DNA of 64,000 bases from NCBI GenBank assembly GCA_951406725.2, contig OX597830.1, positions 30,442,001 to 30,506,000 on the forward strand, in the 5' to 3' direction. The stretch is from Octopus vulgaris. Lineage: Eukaryota. Numbering within the stretch: the first letter of the stretch is position 1; every line of letters begins with the position of its first letter. A program made the position numbers and the translations under genes. Below the pieces are notes generated by a model, which was given only the letters and a program-made list of their open reading frames with translations, was not told the DNA's origin and did no database searches. Shown piece by piece: positions 38,775 to 53,425 of this stretch.

Positions 38775-39633
38775 GTAATTGTTGTTGTTGTTATTGTTGT
38801 TGCTGCTGTTGTTGTTGCTGTTACTTGTGATGGAAGTGTTGGTGGTTGTGATCTTGTCATCGATGTTGGTAATATTTATGAAGCTGTTGTTGTTGTCGTT
38901 GTTGTTTATGATGTTGTTGTTATTGTTAGGGTTGTGGTTTGTTTACCTGGTTCAGCGTTTAGTGTAAGGTGCTTCTTCGTAGTTATAGTGTTGCTGTTGT
39001 TGTTGTGTGGTTGTTTGTGGTGTTAGTAGTGGTGGTGATGGTAGTGGTGCTTGTGGTGGTTGTTCTGGTTGTTTTTATTGTTGTAGTGGCGATTGTTTGG
39101 CGGTAGTGTTGGTAATAGTATGGTGCCTATATGTTACTGTTGCGGTGGTAGTGGTGGTAGTGGTGATGGCGGTGGTGGTGATGGCGGTGGTGGTGATGGC
39201 GGTGGTGGTGATGGCGGTGGTGGTAAGGTTTGTTTGTGTTGTGGTAGCGATCGTAGTGGTGGTGGTAGTTATGGTTGTGGTGGTGGTTGTAGTTCTTGCT
39301 ACCATTACTGTTGTGTTGATAGAGATGATGAGGTAATGGTGGTGGTGGTGGTGATTTGATGGTGGGTATATTACTAATGATGGTGATGCTGACTGTGATG
39401 ATGTTCACGACGATAGGTTTAATGATAATGATAATGATGATGATGATGATGATGATGATATGATCTTCGCTGTTGTTCAATGTCGACGATGATGATGCCG
39501 ATGTTAATTAATGACGGCGATGATGGTTGTTAATGAACTGAGATTGACGATGAAGGTATTGTTGTCATGGATGATATTAAAACTATTGTTGATGGTTGCT
39601 TTATTACACAGAATGATCTTGATGATGGTGATC

Positions 39634-39667
<34 letters not shown>

Positions 39668-39669
39668 CG

Positions 39670-39703
<34 letters not shown>

Positions 39704-39975
39704 TGATGACGATGATGAGGATGATGATGAGGATGATGATGATGATGATGGTGATGGTGATGATGATGGTGATGAGCATAATGATGATGCTGTTGATGAT
39801 AATGATGATGATGATGATGGTGATTATGATGATGATGACGCCAAGAATGATGATGAAGACGGGGATAATGAGATGGCGTTCGTGAATTCATTGTCTTTTT
39901 GTTTTTGTTGTTATTGCCGTTGTTATTGCTGTTGTTGTTGCTGTTGTTGTTGTTGTTGTTGTTATTGTTGTTGTT
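38775..39975. repeat. Degenerate trinucleotide field (GTT/GGT/GAT/GAC)
   Basis: Direct observation. Confidence 0.9.
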
Positions 39976-40310
39976 GCCCATCTTGACATCACAGCTATTG
40001 TTGCTGGTTTTGGTTGTAGTCATTGATGAAACACAAGAAACTAAAGAAGGAGGAGGGGGAGGAGGAGGCGGGGAGGAGGGGAAGAGGCAGAAGTGGAGGT
40101 TAGTATGAAAACGATCATTATTAATATCATTATTGAGAAATGTGACAACACGACAATATCGACTAAGATTTATATGTCCACGAGCGTATGTCTGCATCTA
40201 CGAACACACACAAACACATAGATACACACACACACACACACATTAAGCGTATGAACGTACGTATGTATATATATATATATACATAAATACATATATATAT
40301 ATATATATAT

Positions 40311-40572
<262 letters not shown>

Positions 40573-41440
40573 CATAAATACATATATATATATATATGTG
40601 TGTGTATGTACGTATGTATGTATATAAACATATACATACGCACGTACACTTTTATTTGCATATAAACGTATTATATATGCTTATATGCGTAATTGCCTGT
40701 CTGTATATTTATGTATGTGTACTAAGCGTCGTGGTATTAATTTAGCAGAGTATGATTTACATTATTAGCATGAAAAGGGATCAAAATCCTTATTAATGGG
40801 TCAACGGGTACTTTGTAAGTTATTCTTTGTCCACTTATAGTCTCTTCTTAAGTCTATGTGTGATGGAAGGGTCTGCATCTTTTATTTATTTATTTATTTA
40901 TTTACTTATTTACGTATTTATTGGTTCCTATAACAATGTCCTCCATACTTACGTTTAATATACCATACGCGATTGTCATTGTTTCCTTATCAGCAGTTCA
41001 GATGAAAGAAAGTCACTTAGCCATTGCTTCGTTTATATTTAGACGTAAGCTTGTAAGCATATGCACGTAAGAATGCATGCACCGATCTATGTAAGTATGT
41101 ATGTATGCTTGTAAGTATGTATGTGAGTATATATGTCTCAATGCGCGAGTGTGGGTGTGTATGCGCGTTATCTTTTGTTTTACCTTCCTTTTGCTTCAGT
41201 CGTTGAATGACGACCATACTGGAGCATGACTTGAAGGGTTTTTATTTGAACAAATCGAAACTACTGTCTATTTTAAAATCTGTTATTTATTCTCTCGGTC
41301 TATTTCGCTGAGCCATCTAGTTACAAGGATGCACAAAAACCAACACCGGTTGTCAGGGGGTGGTAGAGGAATCACACACTTATATTATTTTATATGTTTC
41401 AGCTCTAAGGTTGTGGCCATTCTGGGGCACCATATACATA

Positions 41441-41481
<41 letters not shown>

Positions 41482-41579
41482 TATAACGGTTCAATCTTGA
41501 GAGGGTGGTAACCCCCAATACGACAAAGAAATTTGTCCGGGCGCTTGCATTTGCTAAAAGCTTCGGTTTTATTATTTAA

Positions 41580-41885
41580 GTTTTTTTGTTCCTTCTCGAG
41601 CCACGCCTGGATCATTAGGACCGGCTTCCCGGTTTCCTTGGCGTATAGGTTCCCCACCTGGACGGGACGCCAATCCGTCGCAGGTGAGCTGCAAGATGCA
41701 GGAGGAAAGAGTGAGAGAAAGTTGTGGTGAAAGAGTCAGCAGAAGTTCGCCATTACCTCCTGCCGGAGCTGCGTGGAGCTTAGGTGTTTATCTCATAAAC
41801 ACGCACATCACCCTGTCTGAGATTCGAACCTGCGATCCCTCGACCGCGAGTCCGCTGCTCTAATCACTAGGCCATGTGCCTCCAC
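41580..41885 (-). mobile_element. tRNA-derived SINE, head H1 plus tail T2
   Basis: A box tggcctagtga, B box ggttcgaatctc; tail cctgcgacggattggcgtcccgtccagg...gaaaccggg. Confidence 0.88.
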
Positions 41886-41889
41886 TTAA

Positions 41890-42950
41890 GATTTAAGTAG
41901 TGTGGTGGAATCCTTTATCTGCAGCTCATCTATGGCTTTGTCGATGCGTTCAGTATCAACTGCGAATCGAGGGTGTGTTGGTAGATTGCTGTTACTGTTC
42001 ACGCTACCTATCCAATGTCTCTGATAGCCATTTCTAGAGATACAGTGAAGAGCTTTTGAAGAGATGGTATTTCCTTATTTGGTGCCCTTCCCAACTCGAA
42101 CTCTTACTGGTAGCGACAGCAGAGCTATATCTACAGTGGTGCATCTACAGTTTGCATCCTTGAGCAATTTCGTATATTGTGCCGTGACACCTTGCATTTC
42201 TAGAGATTTCAGCACAGCTTTCATCTCGACGTTATCTAAAGCCTTTCCGTAGTCAACAAATGTGATGCACAGAGGCAGCTTTATTCATTCTCACCTTCTA
42301 TAACCTCGTTGTATAAGTTGTGATACAGTGAATATTGCAATCCATCGTTTTGTAGTTATTACGGAAACCTACTTTCACCTTCGGCGACTGGCCATCCAGA
42401 TCTTTCGGTAGTCTGGTAACTAATACTTTGTAAACAGCAAATAGATATGAGGCAAGAGGCAAGAGGCATATGGGCCGATAGGGTCTTCAATCTTCTTTAG
42501 CACCCTCCTTTTGAAACAAGATAGAATTCAAATCTTTCCACGGCGAGGGTATTTTACCCTCCTTCAAATAACGACTAAAGCATAGAAAGAGGATTTTCCA
42601 CAGCACTTCAACTCCGCATCTTAACATCCCTGTTCTTTTCCTGGAGCTTTATCTGCTTTTACAAGATTGAGGACACTGACCAGAATATGTGCCACTTCTT
42701 CCAACATTTGTATTTATGGAAAATTGTGTTTCACTAATGCTTTACAACGGTTGGTGTAGAAGGTTTTACATTCCCACACCAACTACCATTTGTCCGTTAC
42801 TGTGAGTCCGTCCTTGCTGTTAAGTGACATCACCTCTGACCCATAGAGTGCTCGCTTTCTTCTGCATACTTTAAGACTTTTCATTTTCTTTGCTGCTTGC
42901 ATTAGCTTCTTCTCTAATTCTCGGAAGTCATTTCCTTGATGTTGTCACGT
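41890..42950 (-). mobile_element. RTE-like LINE RT remnant
   Basis: ILFQKEG..YRPICLL, PLCITFVDYGKALDNVE, GKGTK*GNTISSK; stops and frameshifts. Confidence 0.8.
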
Positions 42951-43157
42951 CTTTGAAGCTTCGGCTCGCATGACCTTCATCGGACACTCCAATGAAGGAT
43001 AAGCAGGCCAAGACTTCGAAGCTACAATCAACACCATTCTTGCAAAAGTATATATATATATATATATATATATACAGATAAATAAATAGATAGATACATA
43101 TATACACACATATGAATCATATATATAATATATATATTCATATGCATACATATGTAT

Positions 43158-43205
<48 letters not shown>

Positions 43206-43467
43206 TTCTGTGTGTCTGTACACATTTGTATATATGTATGTATATAAATATATGTATCTATAGATATGTAATATCTATATATAGAGTAAATTAACAAACC
43301 GAGTTACTGAGCTCGCAAAACGGTTTCAATCCTCAAGGACCGAACCAGTTTCACTTCATTTTAGACAATTACTATTTTAAGGGTAAAGCATAAACACCAC
43401 CACTTCAATTTTCATTTCATTTCATTTCTCATTAACTGTCCTTTAAAATATAGGACAGTTTGCCGCC

Positions 43468-43478
43468 TAATAATAATG

Positions 43479-43551
<73 letters not shown>

Positions 43552-43575
43552 TGATGATGATGATGATGATAATAA
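43468..43575. repeat. (TAA)n/(TGA)n microsatellite
   Basis: Direct observation. Confidence 0.95.
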
Positions 43576-43919
43576 TAAAGAGAGAGAAGCGAATTTTGAA
43601 TAAAGGGGACAATGAATAAATGTGTAACGGGGCTAATGAAAACTAGGTCAAATACATTATAAGAAATAGGTTGGTTGGGTGGGGTGAGGTTGGGCTGGGG
43701 TGGTATACAATGTTTCGAGCAGGAAATTCCGGATGTGGGATTTAAGGAAAAAGCGTGAGTGATGGTTATGATAGTGGTGATGGTGGTGATGGTGGTGGTA
43801 GGTGGGGCGGGGAGGGGGCTTTTTGGTTTTGAGATAGGAAAGTATTGGAAAAGAATTGGTGCTGTTAAAATAAGAAGATATGACCGGCCGAGTAATGAAG
43901 TATATAAAATAAGAACGAG

Positions 43920-44830
43920 GGTGATGGTGATGTGATGGTGGTGATGATGATGATGACAGTGATGATGAAGATAATGACGATGACGACGGTGACGACGGTG
44001 ATGACGAAGGTGGTGGTGGTAGTGATGGTGGTGGTGGTGGTGGTGGTGTTGGTGGTGGCGTTCGTGGTGATGACGACAATGACAACGATGTTTCCAAGGT
44101 GACCAAATGATATTGGAGATATTCATTTGGAGAGAGGAATGGCAATAGTGGTTGCTAGTGATGGTGGTGATGATGATGGTGATGATGATGATGATGATGG
44201 TGCTGATGGTGGTAGTAGTAGTAGTTGACGATGATGATTTTATTGGTGGTAGGGGTTGTGACGGTGGTTGTGGTGGTGGTGGTTGTGTTGTAGCGATGGA
44301 GATAGTAGCGATAAGATGGTGTTGAAGGACATGGTAGTGATGGTGGCAGCAGTGGTGGTGGGGGTAGTGTCGGAAGTGGCACTGTTAGTGTTGGTAAGGA
44401 TGGTGGAGTGGTAGTAGTGTGGATGGTGGTAGTGATAGAGAGGGTGGTGATGGTGGTCGTAGTGATGGAGATGGTGGCAAAGGCGAAAGCGGTGGTGTTG
44501 GTAGTAGTGATGGTAGTGTTGGACGCGGTGGTGAATGTGGCGGCGGCGGTGGCAGTGGTGAATGTGGTGGTGGTGGTGGTGATGGTGGTGGTGGTGGTGG
44601 TGGTGGTGGTGGTGGTGGTGGTGGTGGTGGTGGTGGTGGTGGTGGTGGTGGTGGTGGTGGTGGACATTGTAGTGGATGTGGTGGTGTTGGTGGCAGCGAA
44701 GATGATGGCCGGTGGTATTGAAAGAGATTGTGTAGATGCTGGCGGTTGTGGAGGTTGTAGTGTCAGTGCACGTGGGAATAGTGGTGACATTAATTTAGGT
44801 GGTGGTGGTGGTGATGGTGGTGGTTGTGGT
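43920..44830. repeat. (GGT)n/(GAT)n degenerate trinucleotide field
   Basis: Direct observation. Confidence 0.9.
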
Positions 44831-46009
44831 GGCCTTGGGGATAAAGTGAAGGAGGTAGTTCGTGAGGAGTGATAACGAAAATACAGATGATGTCGTTGTA
44901 TGAGTTTCGATTAATCTCAGGTCAACCACGATTGAACAGATTTTGCCTGAAAACCGTTCCAACTGTGACCATTCTGTCTTTCATTCTGAAACATTGAATC
45001 TCTGACCAATATTTTTCCCACTTTCTTTCTTTACCTTTTTTCCAATTCTAGTAGATGTATGGAGGGGAAATGACTATTATATCTAGCAGGGTTGTTTTAC
45101 TTATAATAAGGGCTGGCTTTGCTGGAGTGTCAGAGATGTGGTAAAATGTAAGTGAAGAATATAAATATGGCAATTTCTTAATCTGTGTGTGTGTGTGTAT
45201 GTGTGTGTGTGTGTGTGTGTTTTGGTTTGGGTGGGAGATAGGGACAAGGGACGAGGGACGGGGAACAGGGAGTAGGGGAAGAAAATGTGAGAAAGAGAGA
45301 AAGCAGAAAGATTGATGGTGGTGGTGGTGGTGGTGGTGAAATGTTGGATGGGAATCGAAGGAAAAGACAACCAGAGGTTCAATCAGTCATAGTAAGATCA
45401 ATGTGGAAATATTAATGGTGATGGCGACAACGACGACGAAAACGAAGGCGAAGACGATGGAGAAGTCGATGACAATGATGGTGGGGGCGGTGGTGGTGGT
45501 GGTGGTGGTGGTGGTGGTGGTGGTAGTAGTGCCGCTACTATTCAATGGTAGTGGTCCTGATGATGATGATCCAAAATTAATCCCACCTTGACCGTCCTGC
45601 CTTTTGTGAGTAGAAATTCGGTTGCTATTTCTTGTGGGTCGTGTAAACGCATTCACTCGCTGGTTTGAGTAACGTAAAACGAAAAATTCACCCGCTGGTT
45701 TGAGTAACGTAAAGTGAAACAGGAAGTTAAGCGAGAAAGTGTGTGGCGGGGAAGGAGAAAATTGAAGAATTGACAAAGAAAACGGGTGTGAGGTTTCATC
45801 GGTTTTGGTGAATTTGTGGAAAATTTGGATGTTATTTCTAGCAGTTTGGCCTCCCGTACTGGTGATAATGAGATGCTAAGAGTTGACAGTGGGGAAAAGG
45901 TTATGATTGTAAAGGTGATAGTGAAAGAAATAGAATTTATGATAATGTTTATTTTAGTGATGGAAAGGTTGAAACCATTTCTAACTGACCGTGTGGTGAC
46001 TGTCGAAAG

Positions 46010-46297
46010 CAGGGTCGCTCAGCCGGGATCCTTATGATCCTTAGAGGTCCATATGGTCCTTTGGGGTTTCATATAAATTCTTAGGAGTCCATATAAGATT
46101 TTGCTATTAAAGTTTATCTGCAATAGCTTGGTTATACAACACACAAAATATTTTAACAATCCTTTAAAATAATTTCTTATATTTAATTATAAATATATAA
46201 TAGGAATTTTTAAACAGTGCATGACTATGGAGTCCACACAATTAAAATGGGAATCAAAGGAATTCATAGGACAAAAACATGGATAAGAATTGTTGGT
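46010..46297 (+). mobile_element. Degenerate hAT-like MITE
   Basis: Starts CAGGGTCGCTCAGCCGGGATCC; homologous to 1868-2238. Confidence 0.5.
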
Positions 46298-46620
46298 CTA
46301 GAGTCGTTCCCATGCCAGGTTCGATGACTAATTTTTTTTAGTGAGGTAGTCTAGATATGTCATACGTCCTCTAACTATGATTATCAAAGTTGTTCCTTCT
46401 ATGGCTACGCCGTCTCATTTCAGGCTTTCTGTCTTTATTCAGACTTCTCTAACGTGGCCGGTTTACTGCTGTCGACAACTTCCGGTTCATTTTATGCAAG
46501 TAGTTTCTACGTACTCGCTGGACGAATTACATCTCCAAGTTCCATACCCTTTGATTTAAATAAATAAAGGTTACATTGAAAAATTATCACGTTACTATCT
46601 TTAAGATAGCATGTTAGAGC

Positions 46621-46684
<64 letters not shown>

Positions 46685-46685
<1 letters not shown>

Positions 46686-46917
46686 TTTATTCTTTTGTTC
46701 TTTTACTTGTTTCAGTCATTTGACCGCAGCCATGGTGAAGCACCGCCTTGAGGGGTTTTAGTCGAACAAATCGACCCCAGGACTTATTCTTTGTAAGCCT
46801 AGTACTTATTCTATCGCTCTCTTTTGCCGGACCACTAATTTACAGGGACGTAAACACACCAACATCTGTTGTCAAGCGATGGCGTGAAGACAAACACAAA
46901 CACACACAAATATATAC

Positions 46918-46959
<42 letters not shown>

Positions 46960-47158
46960 ATGTGTGTGTGTGCATGTGTGTGTGTGTATATATACACGAC
47001 GGGATTCTTTCAGTTTCCGTCTTCCAAATCCATTCACAAGGGCTTTGGTTGACCCGAGACTATAGTAGAAGACACTAACCCTAGGTGACACGCAGTGGGA
47101 CTGAACCCGGAATCATGCGGTTGGGAAGCAAGCTTCTTACCACACAGCCAGACCTGCG

Positions 47159-47160
<2 letters not shown>
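46685..47160 (-). mobile_element. SINE family A, full length
   Basis: All modules present. Confidence 0.92.
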
Positions 47161-47219
<59 letters not shown>

Positions 47220-47992
47220 TTCATTATCAAACACCTGTCATACAACCACTGACAAAGCCTGTCCCTATGGATAAACTGTTGCGAAAAACTATTACAAACA
47301 ATAACCATCCGAAATATTTTGGGTTTCAAATTAATTGCAAACAATAATGAAATTTTGCATTGAACTTAGGAAGAACATTTGTTTAAATTTCAAAGTACAA
47401 TAGCAATTATTACTCGAACAATTTGTTAGAAGCATGCAACTTAATTGACAGAGCTGTAGCAGTTAACGTAACCAGCGATAAATGAAAAATAATGCAATAA
47501 ATTTCAATTGGAAGAGAAAGATTGTGGAATTTCTCGTTACTGGCTTTTCCCAATTTATGGATTAATTTTATTAACTACAATTGTAAATTACTATATCAAA
47601 TCATTTCATTTCACTGTAATATAGTTCCTTTGTGATTTGATTTCTGTGGGATTACCTACGTAATAGGAATCAAAGTATTTAAAAAAGCAAAACAGATTTC
47701 GTTTAAATCGTCTATTGCTGAAATAAACGAAAACCAAAACAAAAATCTGAACGACATTGTCCTCTCTGAAATTAGCGATGAACATCTCGTAAAACTGTGA
47801 ATGAAACTATCAAAGAAGCATACCTAATTGATGGCATGAAATTTAGAATTACAAAAGTGTGATATATGCGGGTAGGTGTATGCGTGTATGTGTGTGCGAG
47901 TTTGTGAGTTCATGTGTGTGTGCGCGTTAAGTATACACGTAGTATATTCATTATACTTAACAAATTGTGTAAGTATTATTTATGTAATATTC

Positions 47993-48115
47993 AAGGCGGC
48001 AAGCTGGCAAAATCGTGAGCACGCCGGACAAAATGCTTAACGGAATGTTGTCCGTCGTTAAGTTCTGAGTTCTAATCCCACCGAGGTCGACTTTGCCTTT
48101 TATCTTTCCAGTGGA
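47993..48115 (+). mobile_element. SINE family C, 3'-truncated
   Basis: aaggcggcaagctggcaaaatcg...gaggtcgactttgcctt. Confidence 0.8.
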
Positions 48116-48755
48116 CTATATATGTAATACTCCACTTTCCTGCATTGAGTCCTTTCCGTACGCTGCACTTTCGTTAGTGCGACAGCGTTTGTGTCTGTAT
48201 GTATACATGTTTAAGTTTGCGTGTACGAGTGCAGGCGCATGTGACTGTGCGTAGAGTCGGTCTTTAAATGATCAAACGTTAAAGAAGACTTTCAATTTAC
48301 ACAAACACAATACTATCCAACTGAAAGCAATCGAGTCCATTTCTATTGCTAATGATTTTGAAAAGGAATGCTGGTGTTGTGAAGTAGAAGTTACACGCAA
48401 ATATTTGATTTCAATGAAAGCTTCAAAATAACAAAAACCATGTCACTTGTCGCAATGAATATACATATATACACATATACATATAGAGAGAGCTCCTTAA
48501 CTAATAATTCTTTTGTTTTTTGGTGGTTTTTTTTTTTACCTATACAATTTAAATACATTTTTTTTAGAGTTTGAAACGGATGTAACTTATCGAACGGAAA
48601 TCATTAAAAAGGATGTGGGTGCGGACATCCTACCATCTGTGCATCTGTTTCATTTTCATTCATTATGTACTGGGCGTAAATAATGTTTAACTATCCTTTT
48701 GTTGTTGGAGCGAGTGTACATAATTGTGTGTGTATGTGTGAGTGGTCGTGTGGGT

Positions 48756-48824
<69 letters not shown>

Positions 48825-49035
48825 AATATATATATATGTATATACATGCAGACACACAGACACACACACACATATATTTACATATATATGAGTTTGCATT
48901 TACGATTGTGTGTGTATAAACGTTTGTTCGTGCCCATGTATGTTGTGGACATATTTTTCGCTGGCTGCGTGTGTGTGCGTGTACATATACATACATGCAT
49001 ACACATACGCGCGCACACAACATACACACACAAAA

Positions 49036-49095
<60 letters not shown>

Positions 49096-50109
49096 GTGTG
49101 TGTTTTTTATGCATGTTTCTTTATATTTCGAATTAGTTTTTACTACATAAACTATCAACTATTTCCACTGTCCCGCCTTTACGATATTTTACCACGCTGG
49201 GAGTTTACCTTAGAGAGCATTTCTAACAAACATCCTTTTCACTATTATATCTGTATTGTGTGTATATATGTGTGCGTGCGCGCATACATATATGCACACA
49301 TACATTTACACATGCAAATAAGCATATGACAAAGCACAAGATTGGAAAAATTTGTATATATCTAACTCCATGTTACACGTGCTTCATAACAAGATAGAAA
49401 CTACAAAGTTATTCGATTCGGTAAAACATGCAAAGGATCCCCTATCCGTAATTCTTAACACAAAGATTCGAACGCATTTACGAAGAAAGATGTCGGCAGT
49501 TGGTAAGCACAGACGTAACATGTATTATCGATATGTCATCGGGTTAGATCATCATGGATATTAAAGTTCTTCTGATCCTGCAAGGCAACAAAACAACAGC
49601 AGAATTCCGTCCTGTAAACGGCGTTGAGAGGAGACCATATAGCTCAGCATCCAAGGCAGATAAGCAAGCTGTCACACATGTGCCAGCAAAGCGCGCCAGA
49701 AAGCTTTCTCATACAGGAAGTCTTATATAACAACATAAACAACGATTAATCATGATTCAGTAAATGAAATTGTCAAGTACTCAATACTTCTATCACCCAT
49801 TTACAACTCAATTCTTCTATCATCCATTTACGACCGGCAAAAGTTAGGGGAGACAACCACAGTAACGATTACAACTAATAGCATTAAACAACCAGGCGGC
49901 ACCCTTTCATGGCAGCTCCACTTTCTCCAGTTATGAGGATGGAAATAAAACAAAGAGCAAAATTAAGCAGATTTTCTCAAAAAGAGTGATAAAAGACCCA
50001 GAAGATAAAAAAAAACTAAAAACAAAAGCACCTACCGAAAAAATGCATTATCGGGATAAAATTCCTGCAAGATTGCTGTCTCTACTGGGTAAGAACCTAT
50101 AATGGATGA

Positions 50110-50490
50110 GTGGAGGCGCAATGGCCCAGTGGTTAGGGCAGCGGACTCACGGTCATAGGATCGCGGTTTCGATTCCCAGACCGGGCGTTGTGAGTGTTTA
50201 TTGAGCGAAAACACCTAAAAGCTCCACGATGCTCCGGCAGGGGATGGTGGTGATCCCTGCTGTACTCTTTCACCACAACTTTCTCTCACTCTTACTTCCT
50301 GTTTCTGTTGTACCTGTATTTCAAGGGGCCGGCCTTGTCACTCTCTGTGTCACGCTGAATATCCCCGAGAACTACGTTAAGGGTGCACGTGTCTGTGGAG
50401 TGCTCAGCCACTTACACGTTAATTTCACGAGCAGGCTGTTCCGTTGATTCGGATCAACCGGAACCCTCATCGTCGTAACCGACGGAGTGC
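50110..50490 (+). mobile_element. tRNA-derived SINE, head H1 plus tail T1, full length
   Basis: A box tggcccagtgg, B box ggtttcgattccc; tail gtcgtaaccgacggagtgc. Confidence 0.9.
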
Positions 50491-50744
50491 TTCCTTCAGA
50501 ATGTATGAATTGAAACTAAGGTCCTACGAGGGGGAAATCGCAACTACACTGAACGTGCAAAATCTTTTACAAGAATAACGATCCACATTTGTACAATAAA
50601 TACACGAATTCTACATGGAAAGGTTTGGAATAGCCAACGCTGAACAATACTTGAAGATGAAAGCGTAATCCAGAACTTGGAATACCCTGATCAATGGAAG
50701 TGGTGGGGCGGGGATGTAATATAAATATTTTGTTTGACCCATTC

Positions 50745-51150
50745 TTTACTTCAGTCTATTATTTATTTGGATCATTCATTGGACTGCAGCCATGCTGGAG
50801 CACCGCTACGAAGGGTTCAGTCAAACAAATTGAATCATGTGTTTAACTTTTGAGTCTGGTGCTTTATCAGTGTTTTTTTTTTATATATATTTTATCATTT
50901 TTTGTTTGTTTTTTTTTGTTTTTTGCAGATGGTTATGTTACGATGGCGTAAACAAAACCAACACCGGTTATCAAGAAAAAAGCATATTTTAATTTATGCC
51001 ACTTATGCAATGAGCTTCAACACCGTTTCCGTCTACCGAATTCGCTCAGCGAGATATAACAGAAAACATTTGTTTGATGGAACTTTGCAATAAGAATGAA
51101 CACGAAGTTTTGTGGTAGCAAAGCGAATTTTTTTAACCATTCAGCCATGC
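50745..51150 (-). mobile_element. SINE family A-related, old degenerate copy
   Basis: gcagccatgctggagcaccgc, cgtaaacaaaccaacaccggtt, gtttccgtctacc. Confidence 0.55.
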
Positions 51151-51219
51151 CTGAACCTATATGTCGGAGTCGATAAATTAAGTCCCAGTTTCGTATTGGC
51201 ATCGATCTATTCGACTGAC

Positions 51220-51257
<38 letters not shown>

Positions 51258-51270
51258 GTAATAATAATAA

Positions 51271-51777
51271 TGGTATAGGCACACACCAGAAAAGGTCACA
51301 GAAAACGAGAAAGCAACCATACTCTGGGATATGCCGATACACACAGATAGAGAAATTAAGGCCAACAGACCAGATATAGTTGTCAGAGACCATGAAGAAA
51401 AAAATGCTTTCTAATTGATGTATCAATACCGGCTGATGACAACGTGTCTCTAAAAGAAATGGAGAAACTCTCAAAATACAAAGACCTGGAAATAGAGGTA
51501 ACTAGAATGTGGAATCTGAAAACAGAAACAATTCCTATCATAGTAGGTGCATTAGGCATGATAAAAAAATATTCAGACAAATACATAACAAAAACAACTG
51601 GACTTACAAACACATATAACATACAGAAAATTGCACTACTAGGCATTGCACACATCATACGCAGAACACTTTCCATACAATAACCATCAGAGCATCACAA
51701 CAAATCACAGCACATACCCAAGGCTCACAGAGCTGCGCTCGGTAGTGAAGTGAAAGCACGCTATAAAAATAAAACTA

Positions 51778-51780
<3 letters not shown>
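51271..51780 (+). mobile_element. 5'-truncated R4/Dong-like element, restriction-like endonuclease domain plus 3' UTR
   Basis: WYRHTPEKV..ILWD..TDREIKANRPDIVV..(frameshift)..LIDVSIP..EKLSKYKDL..IPIIVGALG; (TAA)n on both sides. Confidence 0.9.
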
Positions 51781-51850
<70 letters not shown>

Positions 51851-51934
51851 GGGAGTATAACTCCAAACTTACAGAGAAAAATTCAATTTAGAATTAAATC
51901 AAATTTCACAATATAAATATAATATATACTCTTA

Positions 51935-52141
51935 CACTTTACTCTTTTACTTGTTTCAGTCATTTGACTGCGGCCATGCTGGAGCACCACCTTTAATCGA
52001 GCAACTCGACCCCGTGACTTATTCTTTGTAAGCCCAGTACTTATTCTATCGGTCTCTTTTTGCCGAACCGCTAAGTGACGGGGACATAAACACACCAGCA
52101 TCGGTTGTCAAGCAATGCTAGGGAGACAAACACAGACACAC

Positions 52142-52204
<63 letters not shown>

Positions 52205-52362
52205 CGACGGGCTTCTCCCAGTTTCCGTCTACCAAATCCACTCACAAGGCTTTGGTCGGCCCGAGGCTATAGTAGAAGACACTTGCACAAGGTGCCACGC
52301 AGTGGGACTGAACCTGGAACCGTGTGGTTGGTAAGCAAGCTACTTACCACACAGCTACTCCT
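51935..52362 (-). mobile_element. SINE family A, near full length
   Basis: All modules present. Confidence 0.92.
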
Positions 52363-52393
52363 TTTTCTAATTTATATATATATATATATATGC

Positions 52394-52463
<70 letters not shown>

Positions 52464-53211
52464 GCATAATTTATCAAAAAAAGACAGAGAAAAAAGACAA
52501 GAAAGAATACAACACGAAGACATGGTACGTGTAAAGAGTATTAATAAGACGTTCAGCGTGTGTATGCGTAAGTATGTGTGTGTGTATGTATATATATATA
52601 TATATGTATATTTATTTATATATATACGCTAAAGTGTATGAAAACCTATGTGGGTATGTTTCGTATTTGTACAGTTATTTGCGCTGATGCATGTGCATGT
52701 GTGTTTGTGTTTTACGTGTGCGTGCACGCGTTTGTCTACATGAGTGTGTCTGTGTGCATGTGCGTGTCACATCGGGACAAGTAGAATTATCGTTTATTAC
52801 ATACCCTTCTTAATTACTTAATTATCAATCCATTATCCATGCATTTTAAAATTATTATGTGATATTCCTCTATTATGCCTTTCATCTGTTCTTTAATATA
52901 CGATTTAATGAGCCGGATTAATTATGCTAGACAAAGATATGTGTTTGCCCCCACTTTTTTCCCGTTTCTTTATTCCTTAATTATAATTTTTTTTTTTTTT
53001 TTTTTTAGTTTTTTAAACTTCATTTTTATGAAGACTTAAATTTTTATTTATTATTAATTATTTCTCTTTACACTTAGCAAATATTCATAGTTCAGAAAAT
53101 ATCGATTGATTATAGCTAGTGAATTTACGTATGAAATCTCTCTGTAAATGATATATAATTCCCGTAACCCGAAAATTTTACGTTATTCTTTATATTTCTT
53201 CTATTAGCATA

Positions 53212-53425
53212 CAAGGGGTGCTGAAAAGTTCCTGGCTTTGGGTTAAAGAAGGAGGATCAGTTAATTATAATTTTATAAAGCATATTCCCTTCCCAGATTC
53301 ACACTGAAAAAGTGAACGACCCTTCAGTTTTTCTAAGCCCGGTAAAAAAACTCGGAAGGTTGGGTCACCAGCCTGGCCTTCAGTGATACCCTTAAAGCTA
53401 GAAACTTTTCTGCCCCGCCCCCTCA
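53212..53425. mobile_element. Mariner-like MITE with TA duplication
   Basis: TA|CAAGGGGTGCTGAAAAGTTCCTGGCTTT ... AAAGCTAGAAACTTTTCTGCCCCGCCCCCTCA|TA. Confidence 0.65.

Noticed and set aside
39160-39225. Regular 15-bp repeats (gtggtgatggcggtg)
   Set aside because: A higher-order GGT microsatellite with no spacers; not a CRISPR array. No prokaryotic features were seen anywhere in the window.
39567-39986. Asp-rich ORF resembling an acidic biomineralisation protein (also 58174-58434)
   Set aside because: It is a (GAT/GAC)n microsatellite, with no signal peptide or exon structure.
49350-49950. Unique-looking region with a CxxC-like stretch, possibly a decayed LINE ORF1
   Set aside because: The motif is incomplete and the frames are broken; it cannot be assigned without a search.
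50110-50185. tRNA-like sequences with A and B boxes
   Set aside because: They are SINE heads: no complete cloverleaf, and always followed by SINE bodies.
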